Shown piece by piece: positions 63,501 through 64,000 of a stretch of 64,000 nt of DNA; the stretch's first letter is position 1; each line of letters opens with the position of its first letter. The stretch is from Balamuthia mandrillaris. Taxonomy: Eukaryota. The stretch covers positions 1 to 64,000 of the forward strand of contig JAVKOQ020000044.1 in the NCBI GenBank assembly GCA_031835245.2, written 5' to 3'. Under the pieces are notes generated by a model. The model was not told where the DNA came from and did not search any database. It saw only the letters and a program-made list of their open reading frames with translations. The position numbers and the translations under genes were made by a program.

Positions 63501-64000
63501 TACAGAAACAGAGCGAGACGGAGAAGAGCACAGCGACAGTGATGCAGCAAATGGAGGAGCAGCTCTTCTCTGCCTCTCAGCAAAGCTGCTCCACCATCAC
63601 CTCTCACCTCTCCTCCTCTATCAACTCCATTCGCGAACTCTCCAGCTCGCATCACGCTCTTCAACGCGATGTCCACATGAAGAATTGCTCCTCCGCTTTG
63701 AACCGTTTTGTGGAGGAGCAAAGCGAATGCCTTGTGCAATTGGAGAAGGAAGGTGAGGTCAAGCAATCCGCACTTGCAGCCTCGATGGAGGACGTTCACT
63801 CTGAAACCGTCGCCTCTTGCGAGCAGTGGAAGCAACGATTGGGCGAGTTTCATCGGGTGGCGGTGGAGCAGCACTGCCAGGAGCAGGTCGAGACAATGAA
63901 GGAGGTGGACGCTGCTGTGGATCAGTATCGCCGCTCGTTGAAGAAAGTTGTGCCGACGGGACAGACGCCGCAGAAGAGCAAAGCATATCGCTTTAGCAGG
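60598..64000 (+). CDS. KIF11: Kinesin-5 (BimC/Eg5), 3'-truncated by the window
   Basis: [48 protein letters not shown], coiled-coil stalk, BimC box VPTGQTPQK at ~63950-63975. Confidence 0.93.

Overview
Gene-dense, intron-rich eukaryotic DNA. SH2-bearing TKL kinases, F-box/GCPW-ankyrin genes, homopolymer insertions in conserved proteins and short CT-rich introns suggest a free-living amoeba (Amoebozoa); this is inference, not a database result. In order: a decayed Mutator (MULE) DNA transposon with tandem-repeat TIRs abutting an EF-hand/ankyrin gene; a cluster of giant-virus-type F-box/ankyrin genes (one intact, one with an internal 283-bp inversion, plus relics at 10.4 kb and 38 kb); METTL4; a ~20.6-kb midasin gene; a TKL-SH2 kinase; LRRC40; a coiled-coil/SH3 protein; a C2 + permuted papain-like + DEP + RhoGAP protein; a double-domain TKL kinase; LUC7; an ERGIC/Erv41-46 protein; Sec8/EXOC4; ARPC2; and kinesin-5 running off the window end. 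Non-coding highlights: tRNA-3'-end/B-box relics in divergent promoters, probable 3'-UTR introns in LUC7, a 21-bp repeat making tandem mini-uORFs before METTL4, A-rich AAG splice acceptors, and E2F/bZIP/GTCGAC promoter motifs. All exon boundaries were inferred by eye.
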